Shown: in pieces, positions 42,868 to 44,933 of the stretch
Numbering within the stretch: position 1 is the stretch's first letter
How the letters are laid out: every line of letters begins with the position of its first letter
Assembly (NCBI GenBank): GCA_001822695.1
Contig: MHSF01000021.1
Coordinates: 993-45,925, forward strand
DNA length: 44,933 nt
Source: Candidatus Taylorbacteria bacterium RIFCSPLOWO2_02_FULL_44_35
GTDB taxonomy: Bacteria > Patescibacteriota > Minisyncoccia > Phycocordibacterales > DSPV01
Direction of reading: 5' to 3'
Position numbers and translations under genes: made by a program
The notes under the pieces: generated by a model
Database searches by the model: none
What the model saw: the letters and a program-made list of their open reading frames with translations, nothing else
Told to the model about the DNA's origin: nothing

Positions 42868-43242
42868 TCAAACGCTTTTATTCACAATGGAACTGAATAT
42901 TTTGATAAACTCGGTCGTTTCATTGGCCAACCGCCGTCGTTCTGTTTCTAGTTCTTTATCATTTCCAACATCAATCAAATCTAACCAAAATCAACTTTCT
43001 TTGGCTTCTTTGCGGGAAATTCTGATTCTCATGGCGAAATCTTTCTTACCCAAACATTCATTTGCCTCAATGTAATTCGCGCCGATTGACCCCGACAATC
43101 TGACCAATTGACGAGAGTCCTCGAAATTAGCAACATTTTTTGGGATTTTTTTTACAAAAATTCTGATATTTTTTGCAAAAAGCAAAGTTCTTTCTTCTAA
43201 CTTAAAGGGCACTGGCGTTTCTTTTCTTTGGTCATTCTCCAT
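42868..43242 (-). pseudogene. Four-helix-bundle (Avd / 23S rRNA IVS protein family) gene with an in-frame TGA
   Basis: The track ORF ends ...ANYIEANECLGKKDFAMRIRISRKEAKES*. Reading through the TGA at 42991-42993 continues in frame as FWLDLIDVGNDKELETERRRLANETTEFIKIFSSIVNKSV*, which is the expected rest of the family (KES-x-YWL...L..E..E..KIf..I). Confidence 0.65.
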
Positions 43243-43266
43243 TTAACTTTTTAATTTTATTTAGAT

Positions 43267-43300
43267 TTGTTTGGAATTTGGAGCTTGGAATTTGAAATTT
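43267..43300. repeat. Family B half element (right arm only), copy B4
   Basis: ttgtttggaatttggagcttggaatttgaaattt. Confidence 0.7.
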
Positions 43301-43306
43301 ATCCAG

Positions 43307-43966
43307 CTAATTCTGATTTAGCTGGATGGGTTTTTCCATCTCACCGGGATTGAAAATTTTGTAAAACAATTCAATCACCTCTTCGGTGCCGAGCGAAGCG
43401 GTGCGCAAGCCGCAACGCGCCAACCCTTGATTTACCACCCCAACGCGTTCCTCAATTTGCAGCCGGTCCTCTTCAAATCGTTGGATTTTCGCCACCGCCG
43501 CGTCGGTGGCTTCCTCCCGCCGGCCCAAAAATTGTTTGATCGGATTGCCTTTGACCGCCAACATCGCCGGTGAATAAGGAATGGTCACAAAAAAACTTTT
43601 GCTCATGATGTTGGTGTTCTCGGTGAAATTTTTGATGAAGCCGATGTATTCGTGGGTCTGGATTTTCATCAGGTCGTTGCTCTGTTCTTTGAGCCGCTCT
43701 TCCAGCAGGGCAAGATAAGGTCTAATGTCCAGCCGGCGCGATTGAATAAAAATCTGGACGGAGAAATCCAGCGAGTTAAGAAAATTTTGAAACTGGCCGA
43801 TAATCGCCTGTTGTTCGTCTTCGCCTTTCAGGGCGAAATTGATTGAAGACACCAAAAGAATTGCCCGATAAGAGCCGTTTTTCAAAACAACAATACCGTC
43901 CCGCACTTCTTTGATGGGCACAAAATCCTGGGTCGGTTTGGGCTTAGAAAAATTAAAAATAACCAT
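43307..43966 (-). CDS. Hypothetical protein resembling the N-terminal domain of VirB4-type ATPases
   Basis: FVPIKEVRDGIVVLKNGSYRAILLVSSINFALKGEDEQQAIIGQFQNFLNSLDFSVQIFIQSRRLDI parallels the N-domain pattern of the adjacent VirB4-like protein. ATG 43966 chosen over the track start at 44005. Confidence 0.45.
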   Translation of the reverse strand: MVIFNFSKPKPTQDFVPIKEVRDGIVVLKNGSYRAILLVSSINFALKGEDEQQAIIGQFQNFLNSLDFSVQIFIQSRRLDIRPYLALLEERLKEQSNDLMKIQTHEYIGFIKNFTENTNIMSKSFFVTIPYSPAMLAVKGNPIKQFLGRREEATDAAVAKIQRFEEDRLQIEERVGVVNQGLARCGLRTASLGTEEVIELFYKIFNPGEMEKPIQLNQN

Positions 43967-43984
43967 AAGTTCATTATACTTGGA

Positions 43985-44068
43985 TAAGTTCCAAGCTCCA
44001 AACAAATTTCAATATTTAATATTAAATTTTAATTATTGTTTGGAATTTGGAACTTGATATTTGGAACT
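43985..44068. repeat. Family B palindromic element, copy B5
   Basis: aagttccaagctccaaacaa - atttcaatatttaatattaaattttaatta - ttgtttggaatttggaacttgatatttggaactt. Confidence 0.85.
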
Positions 44069-44496
44069 TACTTCCTCATTGTTTCCTGTGTCCCCGGGTT
44101 TGTTTGGTCGTAAATGTCCAAACTCCAAGTGAGGTCTTTGAGCCGGCTTTCCGACAGGCGCGGCACGGTGATGGGCGTTCCTTCCGTTGCTTTGATGTCT
44201 TTGCCGGTTGGCGTTTTGGGCACTTTGCGCCAGATGTAGAGCCGGCTACCGCGGAAAAAGTGGAAAGCCGATTCCAAAACGGCGATGAAGTTCCGGCCGT
44301 TCAATTTGAAAAAAGCCAAAGCTAAAGCGAAACCGGCAGCGGCTAATATCAAAGGAATGGCGATGAGCAAGGGCAAGAAACGATAAAGGGCGAAACAGAA
44401 ACCGGCGCCGCCGGCAAGGTAAATAAACTGCTTCAGGGTTAGTGGCCCAAAGATTCTGTCTTCTACTTCAATAAATTGCGGGATCTGGAAACGCAT
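44068..44496 (-). CDS. PrgI-family (VirB3-analogous) T4SS membrane protein
   Basis: MRFQIPQFIEVEDRIFGPLTLKQFIYLAGGAGFCF..., followed by two TM helices, is the PrgI-family N-terminal pattern. Confidence 0.65.
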   Translation of the reverse strand: MRFQIPQFIEVEDRIFGPLTLKQFIYLAGGAGFCFALYRFLPLLIAIPLILAAAGFALALAFFKLNGRNFIAVLESAFHFFRGSRLYIWRKVPKTPTGKDIKATEGTPITVPRLSESRLKDLTWSLDIYDQTNPGTQETMRK

Positions 44497-44500
44497 AGTC

Positions 44501-44540
44501 CTATAACATGTAACTTATAACTTGTAACTTAAGATTTGTA
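44501..44540. repeat. Family A 'GTAAC-word' element, left flank of a four-helix-bundle gene
   Basis: ctataacatgtaacttataacttgtaacttaagatttgta. It shares gtaacttataacttgtaactt with 19848-19868. Confidence 0.75.
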
Positions 44541-44542
44541 AT

Positions 44543-44902
44543 TTATAATTTTCTTAAAACACCCCATAACATTGCTCCAATTTTTTCCGTCAAATTTAAT
44601 AATTCATCATATTCTTTATCGTCCAGATATTTTCTTTTGTGAGAAAAATAAATCAGATATTTACTTTCTTTAAGTGAACCATAAGATATCTCTAGGAAAT
44701 TTTTCAAGACGGCATTTCTTTGTCTGGCAAAACCCTCAATGTAATTTAGAATGACTGATAAAGCGGCTCTTCTTATCTGACTTGTAACTCCATAAATCTC
44801 CTCTTTGGGAAAATGCCTCGTCCCATCATAGATCTTATTCACATATTCATCCATTAGCATTTTCAACTTGCTGTGGAAATCATTTTCTTTATTTTCTCTC
44901 AT
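44543..44902 (-). CDS. Four-helix-bundle protein (Avd / 23S rRNA intervening-sequence protein family), intact solo copy
   Basis: FPKEEIYGVTSQIRRAALSVILNYIEGFARQ...FLEISYGSLKESKYLIYFS...EYDELLNLTEKIGAMLWGVLRKL is the textbook pattern of this family. Confidence 0.85.
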   Translation of the reverse strand: MRENKENDFHSKLKMLMDEYVNKIYDGTRHFPKEEIYGVTSQIRRAALSVILNYIEGFARQRNAVLKNFLEISYGSLKESKYLIYFSHKRKYLDDKEYDELLNLTEKIGAMLWGVLRKL

Positions 44903-44907
44903 TTTTT

Positions 44908-44933
44908 AAGGTTACAAGTTACATGTTACAAGT
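44908..44933. repeat. Family A element, right flank of the four-helix-bundle gene (runs to the window edge)
   Basis: aaggttacaagttacatgttacaagt. Its reverse complement acttgtaacatgtaacttgtaacctt is made of the same words as 44501-44540. Confidence 0.7.

Noticed and set aside
42991-42993. Genome-wide UGA reassignment (code 4 or 25) as the explanation for the in-frame TGA
   Set aside because: Conserved genes end at TGA at the expected lengths (ruvX at 3427-3429, ruvB at 25223-25225). All long housekeeping ORFs are intact under the standard code.

Overview
The window looks like a streamlined, moderately AT-rich bacterial chromosome with short spacers, small versions of core genes and a Gram-positive-style type IV pilus. 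By inference this resembles a Patescibacteria/CPR-like genome. It spans the replication-origin neighbourhood (dnaA-dnaN, rpmH-rnpA, yidC-jag) and many housekeeping genes: ruvX, ruvA, ruvB, yebC-ruvC, murE, mutM, a class A PBP, tyrS, tsaE, holA, a frame-split polA, rpsT, five tRNAs, pilMNO and pilB. I saw no rRNA, CRISPR array, transposase or integrase. Five accessory or unusual parts stand out. (1) A diversity-generating-retroelement (DGR)-type reverse transcriptase has a divergent Avd-like four-helix-bundle gene and a convergent G+C-rich ORF with a VR-like NNY-codon C-terminus. I could find no template repeat, and a G10 tract sits in the RT 5' end. A DinJ/YafQ toxin-antitoxin pair lies next to it. 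(2) A type IV secretion (T4SS)-like cluster (PrgI-like, VirB4-like ATPase, pilin-like and secreted proteins) runs co-directionally into yidC-jag. Its VirB4 Walker A motif is split by a 661-aa LAGLIDADG intein, and its spacers carry two solo Avd-like four-helix-bundle cassettes, one with an in-frame TGA. (3) Several dispersed palindromic or word-like repeat families occur, some lying in frame inside polA and tsaE. (4) Diverged inverted repeats of about 330 bp, each seeded with the 3' end of tRNA-Ser, bracket an orphan ORF. (5) Many genes have a -10 box 6-10 nt upstream of the start codon with no Shine-Dalgarno sequence, which suggests leaderless mRNAs.
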